This document shows, piece after piece, positions 29,259 through 37,969 of a DNA stretch of 64,000 nt. Where the stretch lies: the NCBI GenBank assembly GCA_963662615.2, contig CAXXSR010000002.1, positions 352,001-416,000 of the forward strand. The letters run 5' to 3'. A program made the position numbers and the translations under genes. The notes beneath the pieces were generated by a model. It was not told the origin of the DNA and searched no databases. It saw nothing but the letters and a program-made list of their open reading frames with translations. The number at the start of each line of letters is the position of its first letter. Position 1 is the stretch's first letter. Source of the DNA: Dehalococcoidia bacterium (lineage in GTDB: Bacteria > Chloroflexota > Dehalococcoidia > Bin125).

Positions 29259-30368
29259 TCAGCCTTGCGACACCGGCTGCGCCACGGCTCCTTCGTGGAA
29301 GGGCGAGCCACAGAACTCTTCGTAATCGATCAGCTCGGTCACGGTGGGCGCGTCGCCGCAGAGCGGGCAGTGCGGGTCGTGACGGATCTTGACGATGCGG
29401 AACTCCATCGCCAGCGCGTCGTAGAGCAACAGCCGGTTCTTGAGCGGCTCACCGATCTCCAGCAGCAGCTTCAGGGCCTCCGTCGCCTGAACGCCGCCCA
29501 CTGTGCCCGGCAAGGCGCCCAGGACTCCGGCTTCCGCGCAGGACGGCACCATGCCGGGCGGCGGCGGACTGGGGTAGAGGCAGCGGTAGCAGCCCTGGCC
29601 GGGAAGGAAGGTTGTGATTTGGCCCTCGAAGAGGAAGATGCTCCCGTCGACGAGGGGCTTTTCCAGCAAGTAGCAAGCGTCGTTGACGAGATAGCGCGTG
29701 GCGAAGTTGTCGGCGCCGTTCACCACGATGTCGTATTGGGAGATGATGGCGAAGGCGTTCTCCGAGGTGAGCGGCTCCTCGTGCTTCACCACGGTCACGT
29801 TGGGATTGACGTCCGCGAGGCGATCGGCTGCCGATTCAACCTTGGGCCGCCCCACGTCACTGGTGCCGTGAATGATCTGCCGCTGCAGGTTGCTCAGATC
29901 CACTTGGTCGAAGTCGACGATGCCGAGCGTCCCCACCCCGGCCGCGGCCAGATAGAGGAGCACTGGCGAGCCGAGGCCGCCCGCGCCCACGACCAACACT
30001 TTGCCGTTCATCAATTTCCGCTGCCCCACCGGGCCGACCTGATCCATGATCAGATGGCGGGCGTAGCGGTCCACCTGCTCCGGCGTCAGCGCCGCCCCTC
30101 CGGCAATGGCGGGAATGACCGAAACCTCGTCACCTTCCGCGACGGGCGTGTCGGACCCGCGCAGGGTTGAGATCTCCTGGTTGTTCACGTAGACGTTGAC
30201 GTCTTCGAGAATCTTGCGATCGGCGTCGAAGACCATCTCGCCGAAGCCGGGGAAGCGCCGTTCCAAGTCGCGCAGCACGCCGGCAACGTCGGAGCCGTCG
30301 GCGTCGACGAAGGTGCGGTTGCCCGCCAAGCGCCGAAAGGGCGTGGGGATATAGACCCGGACCGTCAT
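29259..30368 (-). CDS. moeB: Ubl (ThiS/MoaD)-MoeB/ThiF E1-like adenylyltransferase fusion
   Basis: N-terminal Ubl ending IPAIAGG, then RYARH, GAGGLGSP, SNLQRQ, CYRC, PSCAEAG, CPLC; no C-terminal rhodanese domain. Confidence 0.92.
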   Translation of the reverse strand: MTVRVYIPTPFRRLAGNRTFVDADGSDVAGVLRDLERRFPGFGEMVFDADRKILEDVNVYVNNQEISTLRGSDTPVAEGDEVSVIPAIAGGAALTPEQVDRYARHLIMDQVGPVGQRKLMNGKVLVVGAGGLGSPVLLYLAAAGVGTLGIVDFDQVDLSNLQRQIIHGTSDVGRPKVESAADRLADVNPNVTVVKHEEPLTSENAFAIISQYDIVVNGADNFATRYLVNDACYLLEKPLVDGSIFLFEGQITTFLPGQGCYRCLYPSPPPPGMVPSCAEAGVLGALPGTVGGVQATEALKLLLEIGEPLKNRLLLYDALAMEFRIVKIRHDPHCPLCGDAPTVTELIDYEEFCGSPFHEGAVAQPVSQG

Positions 30369-30379
30369 GCCTGCCCTCC

Positions 30380-31357
30380 CTACGAGGCCGGCGCCCGCTC
30401 GCGCCGGTGAGCGCCCGCGCGGGCTGTGGTCGCCGGTTCAAGGTTCACGCTCAAGTATCGCTCGCCGGTGTCGCAGATGACTGTGACGACGCGCTTACCC
30501 GCCCCCAGGTCCTGCGCGACCCGGCAGGCGGCCGCGACGTTGGCGCCGGACGAGATCCCGGCCAAGATCCCTTCCTCCCGCGTGAGGCGGGCCGTCATGG
30601 CGTAGGCGTCCTCGTCGCGGATGCCCATGACCTCGTCGTAGATATCGCGGTTGAGGACGCAGGGGACGAAGGAGGCGCCGATCCCCTGGATGCCGTGCAC
30701 GCCAAAGCGTCCCCCTTGCAGGACGGGCGAGCGCTCCGGCTCCACCGCCACAATGAGGAGATCCGCCCGGTGTTGCCGCAACACCTCGCCCACGCCGGTA
30801 ATGGTCCCGCCGGTGCCCACGCCCGCCACGAAGGCGTCAATGCGCCCGCCCGTCGCCTCCCAGATCTCCTCCGCCGTCGTGCGGCGGTGCACCTCGGGGT
30901 TGGCCGGGTTCAGGAACTGCTGGGGCAAGAAGTGGCCCGGGCGCTCCGCGATCTCCTCGGCGGCGAACACGGCCCCGGTCATCCCCTCAATGGCGGGGGT
31001 GAGGACCAGCTCCGCGCCGTAGCGCTCGAAGAGTCGCCGCCGCTCCTGGCTCATGTCCTCCGGCATAGTGAGGATGAGGTGATACCCCTTCACGGCCGCG
31101 ACCATGGCCAGGCCCACGCCCGTGTTGCCGCTGGTGGGCTCAACGAGGGTGTCGCCCGGCCTGATCCGCCCCGACCGCTCGGCCTCTTCGATCATCGCCT
31201 TGGCGATGCGATCCTTCACGGAGCCAGCCGGGTTGAGCGTCTCCATCTTGCCCAGCACCTCGGCGGCGCCTTCCGGCACCACGCGGCGCAGGCGGACCAA
31301 TGGGGTCTCGCCCACCAGGTCCACAACGGAATCAACAATGCCGCGACGACTGTTCAT
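30380..31357 (-). CDS. cysK: Cysteine synthase A
   Basis: NPAGSVKDR, EPTSGNTG, QF.NPANP..H, GVGTGGT, HGIQGIG, DTGERYLS. Confidence 0.95.
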   Translation of the reverse strand: MNSRRGIVDSVVDLVGETPLVRLRRVVPEGAAEVLGKMETLNPAGSVKDRIAKAMIEEAERSGRIRPGDTLVEPTSGNTGVGLAMVAAVKGYHLILTMPEDMSQERRRLFERYGAELVLTPAIEGMTGAVFAAEEIAERPGHFLPQQFLNPANPEVHRRTTAEEIWEATGGRIDAFVAGVGTGGTITGVGEVLRQHRADLLIVAVEPERSPVLQGGRFGVHGIQGIGASFVPCVLNRDIYDEVMGIRDEDAYAMTARLTREEGILAGISSGANVAAACRVAQDLGAGKRVVTVICDTGERYLSVNLEPATTARAGAHRRERAPAS

Positions 31358-31412
31358 GACTCCCTGCTGTGGCGTCCTCTCAAACCGGACTGCCCGCGCC
31401 AGTCACGGCCCC

Positions 31413-31844
31413 TTAGATAGAGTACCGACCGCCGCCGACCGCCGCCTCCTCTTTGGCGAGATCGGCGAGTGTGCGGCTGCGTAGGACTCGTCGGGTGGAC
31501 TCCCGGACCTCCTCCCACATCCGAAGTTGCGCAACCGAACCGGAACAAGCGAGGTCGGGGTCGTCCAGACAGGCGCCCGGGCTAATGGGCCCCTCCAGAT
31601 TCTCGACCACGTCCTCCATCACGATGGCCTCCGGATCGCGGGCCAGCTCGTGTCCTCCCTGTGCGCCGCGGACCGAGCGGACCAAGCCCGCGAGCCGCAG
31701 CGCCCCCAGCACCTGCCCCACCAGGGATTCTGGGATCCCTTGGCGGCTGGAGATCTCGCTGCTGGGGATGGGACCACGGCCCCGGTTCTGCGCCAAGTCC
31801 ACGAGAGCGCGGATCCCGTAATCCCCTTTGCTTGTGAGTCTCAT
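31413..31844 (-). CDS. Rrf2-family transcriptional regulator (CymR-like)
   Basis: MRLTSKGDYG...L..AGLVRSVRGAQGGHEL...LEG; first gene of the cysteine operon; only two Cys. Confidence 0.92.
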   Translation of the reverse strand: MRLTSKGDYGIRALVDLAQNRGRGPIPSSEISSRQGIPESLVGQVLGALRLAGLVRSVRGAQGGHELARDPEAIVMEDVVENLEGPISPGACLDDPDLACSGSVAQLRMWEEVRESTRRVLRSRTLADLAKEEAAVGGGRYSI

Positions 31845-31878
31845 CCCGACCTCATGACGCTGATGGGACAAGCGACGG

Positions 31879-31904
31879 TAATCTGTACTGAAATGGTATC
31901 ATTT
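31879..31904. promoter_or_regulatory. Candidate Rrf2/CymR operator
   Basis: AT-rich imperfect dyad TAATCTGTACTGAAATGGTATCATTT (TACt-N5-gGTA core) just upstream of the Rrf2 gene. Confidence 0.35.
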
Positions 31905-32001
31905 CTCACGTATGGGTGGCTGGTTGCGCCCGGCGCCAATGTTGCCCAGTTAAACCAGGCTGGACAAGAGGCGAACCCGCCGACCCCAAGGCCGGGAGCC
32001 G

Positions 32002-32274
32002 CGCGCCTACATGAGCGGGCAGCGTCGCGACCAGAGTCCCGCGACCCGCGCCGGCATCCCGGTGGTCCAGCACGACCCCGAATTCTCCTCTGACCCGGCT
32101 CAGCCGCTGGTGAAGTTCAACCCCCTGGCGAACTGGACCTCGGCGCAGGTCTGGCGGTACATCCGGGAGCACGAAGTCCCCTACAACCCGCTCCACGACC
32201 GTGGCTACACGTCGATTGGCTGCGCCCCCTGCACCCGGCCCACCAACCCCGGCGAACTCGAGCGCGCCGGTCGG
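32002..32274 (+). pseudogene. cysH: Internal fragment of APS/PAPS reductase
   Basis: [12 protein letters not shown]...KFNPLANW...[20 protein letters not shown]...ERAGR; both the N-terminal half and the C-terminal W...ECGLH are missing. Confidence 0.85.
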
Positions 32275-32380
32275 TGCCAAAGGTGCGCAGGATCCGGGCC
32301 AGCCCGCGGAACATCTCGGGAGTGAGGTCACCCTGCGGCACCTTCACCTCCACGGTGGAGTAGCCCCGCTGCCGTTGCGA
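32270..32380 (-). pseudogene. Short internal fragment of a nitrite/sulfite reductase haemoprotein
   Basis: [35 protein letters not shown] matches the Q-x-Q-x-G...V-x-x-P-x-G-x-L-T...L-A-x-I-x-x-x-(Y/F)G ferredoxin-like half-domain; abuts the cysH relic. Confidence 0.65.
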
Positions 32381-32482
32381 CCGTCCGGGGCGTTGGGGGT
32401 CCTTCCTTCCAGGGAGCAGTCGATCCCCGATGGCTGGGCGGGCCCGATCATCGATACGGTGGCCTCGAAGGAGTGTTGTGGA

Positions 32483-33328
32483 GTGGGCGCACCTGAGGTG
32501 CCTCCGGTTTCGAGCCCCGCACCGGCGCCGACGCCGCGCGCGGCGGCCGGCGGCGGCGTGGAACTCTTTGGCGGTCCTCAGTCGGCGGAAACCTTCGCCG
32601 CCCTGCTGCGGGCGCAGATGGACAGCATGATGACGTCCGCCACGCTGGGCGGTCTCAGCGGCGGCGGATCAGGCGGTCTGCTGGGGGGCGGCATGGGGGG
32701 CCTGTTCGGCGGCGGTGCGGCCGGCGGCCTGCTAGGCGGTGGTATGGGCGGTGGCATGGCCGGCGGCCTATCATCGCTCCTGCTCCTACAAACCTTGCAG
32801 CCGCTCACCCTGGCCCTGAACAAGCTCGTGGATCGACTGGAGCGGCTCGAGGGGCCCGGCGGGCCGGGCGGGATTCCCTCCAGCGCTGCGGTCCCGACCC
32901 CGGAGTCCCTCCCCTACCGCGACCTGATCGAGCGGCTGGCGCGAGCCTACCAGGTGCCGGCGGCGTTCCTTGGCGCCGTGATGATGGCCGAGAGCAGCGG
33001 GCACCCGGGCGCGGTGGGCGACGACGGCGCCTCTGTGGGCCTCTTCCAACTGCACGACCGGGGCATGGGCACCGGCTTGGGCGACCTGCGCCTGGACCCG
33101 GAGCTGAACGCGGCGATCGGCGCGCGGGGGCTGGCGGAAGGCTGGCATGAGGGGCTGCGGCAGGGCCGCGGCGGCGAGGAGCTGGTGCGCTTCGCCTACG
33201 ACTTCCGCTTCAATCCGGGGGGCGGATTCCGGGAGCAGGGCGACTCGGTGCTCTCCTTCTACCGCTTCTACGAGTCGCTGGCACAACGACGCGGGTTGGC
33301 GGCGGCGCAGGACGGAGCAGCCGCCTAG
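32483..33328 (+). CDS. Lytic transglycosylase (SLT) domain protein with Gly-rich N-terminus
   Basis: AVMMAESSG (catalytic Glu), GLFQL, DPELNAAIGA; AAGGAG RBS before GTG 32483. Confidence 0.8.
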   Translation: MGAPEVPPVSSPAPAPTPRAAAGGGVELFGGPQSAETFAALLRAQMDSMMTSATLGGLSGGGSGGLLGGGMGGLFGGGAAGGLLGGGMGGGMAGGLSSLLLLQTLQPLTLALNKLVDRLERLEGPGGPGGIPSSAAVPTPESLPYRDLIERLARAYQVPAAFLGAVMMAESSGHPGAVGDDGASVGLFQLHDRGMGTGLGDLRLDPELNAAIGARGLAEGWHEGLRQGRGGEELVRFAYDFRFNPGGGFREQGDSVLSFYRFYESLAQRRGLAAAQDGAAA

Positions 33329-33600
33329 CCTCCCAGGGTCTCGATGAGCGCCGTCCGCAGCGCGCTTGCGTCCAGTGGCGCTGTGGCGTCCAACGGCGCG
33401 GTGGCGATGACGGAGCCGCCCACCGCCACCACGGGCACTGCGAGTCCGTACTGCTCTCGCAGCGCCGGATCCGCGTCCACGTCTACTGCCTCCAGCCTGA
33501 AGTTCATGGTCGCCGCCATTCGGGTGAGCAGGAGCATCGCCTCGTCACAGAGGTGGCAGTCCGAGCGGGTGTAGAGCGTCACGGTGCCGGCAGCAGGCAT
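33325..33600 (-). CDS. Glutaredoxin-like protein (DUF836 type)
   Basis: LYTRSDCHLC...VDVD....L...YG..VPVV. Confidence 0.88.
   Translation of the reverse strand: MPAAGTVTLYTRSDCHLCDEAMLLLTRMAATMNFRLEAVDVDADPALREQYGLAVPVVAVGGSVIATAPLDATAPLDASALRTALIETLGG
33370..33405. repeat. In-frame 18-bp duplication (ATAPLD x2) with synonymous divergence
   Basis: Minus strand GCCACCGCGCCGTTGGAC GCCACAGCGCCACTGGAC. Confidence 0.75.
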
Positions 33601-33632
33601 GGGATGTGGGGCCCCAATCGACGGCTGTGCAC

Positions 33633-34640
33633 CTAGCGTCGGGAGCGACCGCCGCGCCGGCGCACCCGGACATCGCGACGACGGGCCGACCTGCCCGAAC
33701 CGATGGTGCTCGGCGGCCGGCGGCGCGCCGCGACCTCGGGCGCCGTGCCCGCCAAAGGGGCGTCCGGCAGCGGCGTCTGTGGCCGTCGCAGCAAATGGAC
33801 GGCGATGATCCCGGCCCCCGCGGCGGTCAAGAGGGCGAGGAACTGGGGCACGGAGAGGCCGCCCGCCAGAATCTGCTCGTCGGTGCGCAAGAGCGCCAGC
33901 AGCCCTCGCACCAGGGCGTAGCTGAGGACGTAGAAGACGAAACCCCAGCCGGGAAGGACGTGGAGCCGCCGCATGAGGAGGAGTCCAGCCAGGATCATGA
34001 GGTCCAACAGCGGCTCGTACCCGCCCGCCACGGGATGGACGGGTACGGGCCCGCCATCGAAGAGGGCGCCGGTATCGCCGCGAACGAACGGCTCCACAGG
34101 CTCGCCATCAACGAAGGACGCCCAGGGAGCCTCCGTGTCCGGATTGGTGTAGCGGAAGGCCCAGGGCAGATCCGTCGCCTTGGCGAAGTGCTCGCCGTTG
34201 ATCAGATCGCCAATGCGGCCCACCGTCTGCCCCAAGATCATCCCGGGGGCGGCGACGTCCAAGGCGACCCATTTGGGGAACTTCCGCTTGAACAGGGAGA
34301 CGTAGAGGAACCCCCCCACCACCCCGCCGATCATGGCGCCGTAGACGGAGATGCCGCCGTCCGTGATCCGGAGGAGATCGCCAACGTTGTCGATCTGGTC
34401 CGTGTGCTCCAAGGCCCAGAGGACGCGCGCGCCGACGATGCCGGAGGGCACGCCGACTAACGCGATGCTCATGCCGTCGTCCGGCGAGAGGCCGGCGCGG
34501 CGGGCGAGCCGCAGCGACAACCACACCCCCAGCGCGATCCCCACGGCCGTGAAAAGGCCGTGCCAGGTCAGCGAGAAGCCGTCTTCGAAAAGCTCTGGGT
34601 CAATATTGATGCCGATCGCCGCGACGAGGTCAGGGATCAT
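33633..34640 (-). CDS. lgt: Prolipoprotein diacylglyceryl transferase
   Basis: WHG, GAR, GGISVYG, GQTVGRIGDLINGE, VHP...YE. Confidence 0.93.
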   Translation of the reverse strand: MIPDLVAAIGINIDPELFEDGFSLTWHGLFTAVGIALGVWLSLRLARRAGLSPDDGMSIALVGVPSGIVGARVLWALEHTDQIDNVGDLLRITDGGISVYGAMIGGVVGGFLYVSLFKRKFPKWVALDVAAPGMILGQTVGRIGDLINGEHFAKATDLPWAFRYTNPDTEAPWASFVDGEPVEPFVRGDTGALFDGGPVPVHPVAGGYEPLLDLMILAGLLLMRRLHVLPGWGFVFYVLSYALVRGLLALLRTDEQILAGGLSVPQFLALLTAAGAGIIAVHLLRRPQTPLPDAPLAGTAPEVAARRRPPSTIGSGRSARRRDVRVRRRGGRSRR

Positions 34641-36796
34641 TCGTAGTCCGGATCGTCGTCGGGCGGCGCGTCGGGGGAGCCGACCTGCCGGGCGAATCGC
34701 TTAAATTCACGGCGGAGGCTGACGCCGTGCCCGACCAGCCCCGCCATGTACGTCCGCTGCGGCGTCACTTTGACCCAGATTCGCCGGCGTGGCGCAAAGA
34801 ACGTCACCAAGAACGCCCCCAGGCCCAGTCCAATTGCGATCCAGAAGATTAGAGCGCCGGGGTCGCGGCGCACGTTGAGGCCGGTGAACTCTCGCGGCCC
34901 CAAGAAGCTGTACTCGAAGTCGCCCAGAACAATGGACTCGCCCTCACTGAGGTCAACACGGGGCCGGCCACCGCCCAATCCCAGGCCGAGGCGCGCGGGA
35001 CGGCTGGCGCCATCGATGAACGTCTCGACGTCGGCCACGGCGAGTTCGACGTTCTCGCCGCCACGAGCGTCGAACTGCTCCGCCGTGCGGGCCCCGCCGA
35101 AACGCTCCAGCAAGATCAGCGCTTCCGCCTCTGCGCCGGGAACGTCTTCCTCAATTCGGTAGAAGACGGACTCCACACCGCCGTAGGTCAGCTCCACGCC
35201 ACCGATGCGCTGACTTTCGCCCGGCTGCAGGACACCATGCTGCGAGCGGTCCGGGGCAGCGCCCACGTACTCCAGCACGAACTCGCCCAGAGCGGCGCGA
35301 CCGCCGGCGGCCAAGAGACCACGCTCCCGGTCGTCTTGGAGATTGAAGTAGAAAAAGCGACGCTCCTCATCCCCGGCGGCGAGGTCCGTCTCGTCGTAGC
35401 CAACCGCAATCTCGCGGCCCGCGCCCAGCGGGAGGAGATCGAAGCGGACGCCGCGGCGGCCCTCCAGCGCGCGATCGTTCGCGGGGATCACGTCATCCAG
35501 GAGCAGCTCACCGCTGGCGGCATCGTAGAGACGGACCTGCGGCGCCAGAAGCGGGGGGACGTGCAGGCGCAACGCCTCCGCGTCAAGCGTCGCGTTGCGA
35601 TCGGAGTCGGCTGCATACGGCAAGAGAGTGTAGGAGAACTCGAATTCGCCGTCGCTTGGGGCCGGGGTCAGCACCAGCGCAATGCTGCTCTCGGCGCCCA
35701 AGGGGACCAGCTCGTAGCCGCTGCCGTCGACGCCGGCGACCTCGCGCGATAGTTTCACCACTTCGTCGGCAAGGAATGCGCCGCGAGCGGCGCTGGCGAT
35801 CTTGATGCGTGGCCCAATGAACTGCTGATCCAGCATCAGGATTTCGGAGTAGAGCAGCTGGCGGCTATCGACGTGGCGAACCTGCAAGGCGGCGCCGTGC
35901 TCCCAGTAGGCGGCCTGATGCACCCGGTAGCCGGCGGCGTGCAAGGGGCCGTTGACGGTGACGTCGCCGGCGGCGATCTGCTCCCCGCCGCGGGTGACGC
36001 GCACCGCGCTGCGGAAGTCCAGCGCTTGGCCCTCGTCGTTGAAGCGAGCGATAGCGTCATCGACGATGACTTGAATCTGCTGGCGGTCGCCCGCTGTGGC
36101 GAAGAGCGGCCGGCTCTGCCCTTCGCCGACCCAGAACTGAAACTCCTCTCCGGCGAACTTGGTGATCAGCGCGCCCAGGACCAGCAGGATCAGCCCCAGA
36201 TGCGAGACGAATGTGGCCAGCTGCGCCCACTGAAAGCGGTCGGCGAAGATGTAGGTCGCGCCATCGCGCTCTTCCGTCCGGACCGAGTAGTGGCGGTGGC
36301 GGAACTCCGCCGCGATCAGGTCCGCGTTCGGGGGCGTCGCGAAGTCGAAGCGGTGCCGCGCCCGCTCGAAGTAGGCGTCGTTCACGCGTCGGGGCGGACG
36401 CCGGACAGTGCGCCAGATGGGAGGGAAGCGGCTGATCGTGCAGGTGGTGATGGCCATGGCCAAGACCGCGATGAGCGCCCACCAGTAGGGCTGGTTGAAG
36501 AGGTTGAAGATGCCGCCGTGGGCGTCATAGAACCAAGGGAACTCCGCCAGGACGTCCGTGAACCAGCCCCACGTCCCGCGCTGGTCTTCAATGTGTTGCC
36601 GCACCGTCTCCGGGTTGTTGAGGAGCTGGGGCGGAACCTGCGGGATGATGACGCCGGCGAGGCCGAAGCTGACGGTGACCAGGATCAGGCCGATCGCGAA
36701 GCGCACGGAGGTGAACCGGCGCCAGACGAAGTAGGCGGGGTCCGGCGCGGCGATGCGTCCTGCCTTGCGCGGAGCGCGCGACTGAACCGTCGCCAT
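34637..36796 (-). CDS. resB: Cytochrome c biogenesis protein ResB/Ccs1
   Basis: FTSVRFAI.L, IPQ, CT..R, SHLG, VNGPL...G...HQ, TGL.V.RDPG; enlarged soluble domain. Confidence 0.88.
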   Translation of the reverse strand: MATVQSRAPRKAGRIAAPDPAYFVWRRFTSVRFAIGLILVTVSFGLAGVIIPQVPPQLLNNPETVRQHIEDQRGTWGWFTDVLAEFPWFYDAHGGIFNLFNQPYWWALIAVLAMAITTCTISRFPPIWRTVRRPPRRVNDAYFERARHRFDFATPPNADLIAAEFRHRHYSVRTEERDGATYIFADRFQWAQLATFVSHLGLILLVLGALITKFAGEEFQFWVGEGQSRPLFATAGDRQQIQVIVDDAIARFNDEGQALDFRSAVRVTRGGEQIAAGDVTVNGPLHAAGYRVHQAAYWEHGAALQVRHVDSRQLLYSEILMLDQQFIGPRIKIASAARGAFLADEVVKLSREVAGVDGSGYELVPLGAESSIALVLTPAPSDGEFEFSYTLLPYAADSDRNATLDAEALRLHVPPLLAPQVRLYDAASGELLLDDVIPANDRALEGRRGVRFDLLPLGAGREIAVGYDETDLAAGDEERRFFYFNLQDDRERGLLAAGGRAALGEFVLEYVGAAPDRSQHGVLQPGESQRIGGVELTYGGVESVFYRIEEDVPGAEAEALILLERFGGARTAEQFDARGGENVELAVADVETFIDGASRPARLGLGLGGGRPRVDLSEGESIVLGDFEYSFLGPREFTGLNVRRDPGALIFWIAIGLGLGAFLVTFFAPRRRIWVKVTPQRTYMAGLVGHGVSLRREFKRFARQVGSPDAPPDDDPDYE

Positions 36797-36870
36797 GAAC
36801 CGTTACCTCAGCATCGCCTCACCATCGCGGCGGTTTCCTAGCGTAGCGGATGCCGTCCGCTCGATCCGGC

Positions 36871-37869
36871 CTAGGGGCCGCCGGGCGCGGCGGCGCCGTT
36901 CTGCGCCGTTCCCAAAGCCTTGAGATAGAGCGCCCGCGCCGCGAAGGGGTCGAGGCCGGCGCCGAGATAGGCGCCGTCCACCCGGATTTCGAAGTGCAGG
37001 TGGATGTCCGTGCCCGGGGCCAGCACGCTCTCCGGGGTCCCGGATTCGCCGGCGAAGGCGATCACCTGGCCGGCCCGAACCTCATCCCCCACCTCGATCC
37101 CCGCGGCGACCGCGCCGAGATGCGCGTACCGCGTCACCACACCGCCGCCGTGATCGATCCAGACTTGGCGTCCGCGAAACCTGTCCAGGATTGCTTCGCC
37201 CTGAAAGCCCGCGGCCTCCGCGTCGGCCAACTCCTCAAGAGTGAGATCCGTATAGGCCCGATCGGCGCGCGTCACCGTCCCCGCTTTTGCCGCCAGCACC
37301 GGCGAATCCGCCGTGACCGCGGTACAGCTGGCCCAGCCATACAAGTCCAGCCCTTCATGGATCCCGTTCCGATACGGGCGCGGGGCTCCCGGCAGATGAC
37401 CCTGAAATTCGGTCACGCAGGCGTCCGCGATGGGCAGCACGAAGCCGGACAGGTCCGGCTCGACAATCGGGTCCGGCACGGGCTCCGGCAGGGGCTCCGG
37501 ACTCGCCGCGGGGTCGGGAGCCTGCGCCACCGCCGGGTCCACCGGCGCTGCGGGCTCGGCGGCGGCGGGGGCGGTCGGGGGTCGCGGCGGCGGCGGCGGA
37601 GTGATCGTCGCGGCCGTGACAGGATCGGGCGGCGCGGCCGGCGGGGCGTCGTTGGCTGGAAGCTCGGCGGCGGCCGGCGATGGTTGGTCGTCGCTGCCGT
37701 TCAAGCCGAAGGCGAGGCCGACCGCCAGGGCGAAGACGACGACCGCGCCGGCGACCCAGGCGACCGCGGGTCCCGGCCGCCGCGACGGGCGTCGCGGCGG
37801 CGGCGGAGCCTGGGCCGCTTGGGGCCCATCACCATCGGGAGGTGGCTGCGGGGGGTCAGTTGAGGGGAT
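36871..37869 (-). CDS. Membrane-anchored M23 family metallopeptidase
   Basis: HEGLD, YAHL, HLHFE. The frame stays open upstream of the tracked TTG (37704) through a TM helix and Pro-rich segment to an ATC at 37869 preceded by GGAGG. Confidence 0.85.
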   Translation of the reverse strand: MPSTDPPQPPPDGDGPQAAQAPPPPRRPSRRPGPAVAWVAGAVVVFALAVGLAFGLNGSDDQPSPAAAELPANDAPPAAPPDPVTAATITPPPPPRPPTAPAAAEPAAPVDPAVAQAPDPAASPEPLPEPVPDPIVEPDLSGFVLPIADACVTEFQGHLPGAPRPYRNGIHEGLDLYGWASCTAVTADSPVLAAKAGTVTRADRAYTDLTLEELADAEAAGFQGEAILDRFRGRQVWIDHGGGVVTRYAHLGAVAAGIEVGDEVRAGQVIAFAGESGTPESVLAPGTDIHLHFEIRVDGAYLGAGLDPFAARALYLKALGTAQNGAAAPGGP

Positions 37870-37969
37870 AGCTCTCCTCCGACGGAGTGCAAAGCCAGCG
37901 GCTGCCAGGCCCTGTCGCGATCAAGCGCCGGCTCCGGCGGGGCGCTGGGGAGTTCCACGTTGCCACGGT

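Noticed and set aside
25878-30368. Anti-phage ubiquitin-like system (CBASS/Bil type)
   Set aside because: No E2 or CD-NTase; the cysK/cysM/rhodanese/Rrf2 context indicates sulfur metabolism.
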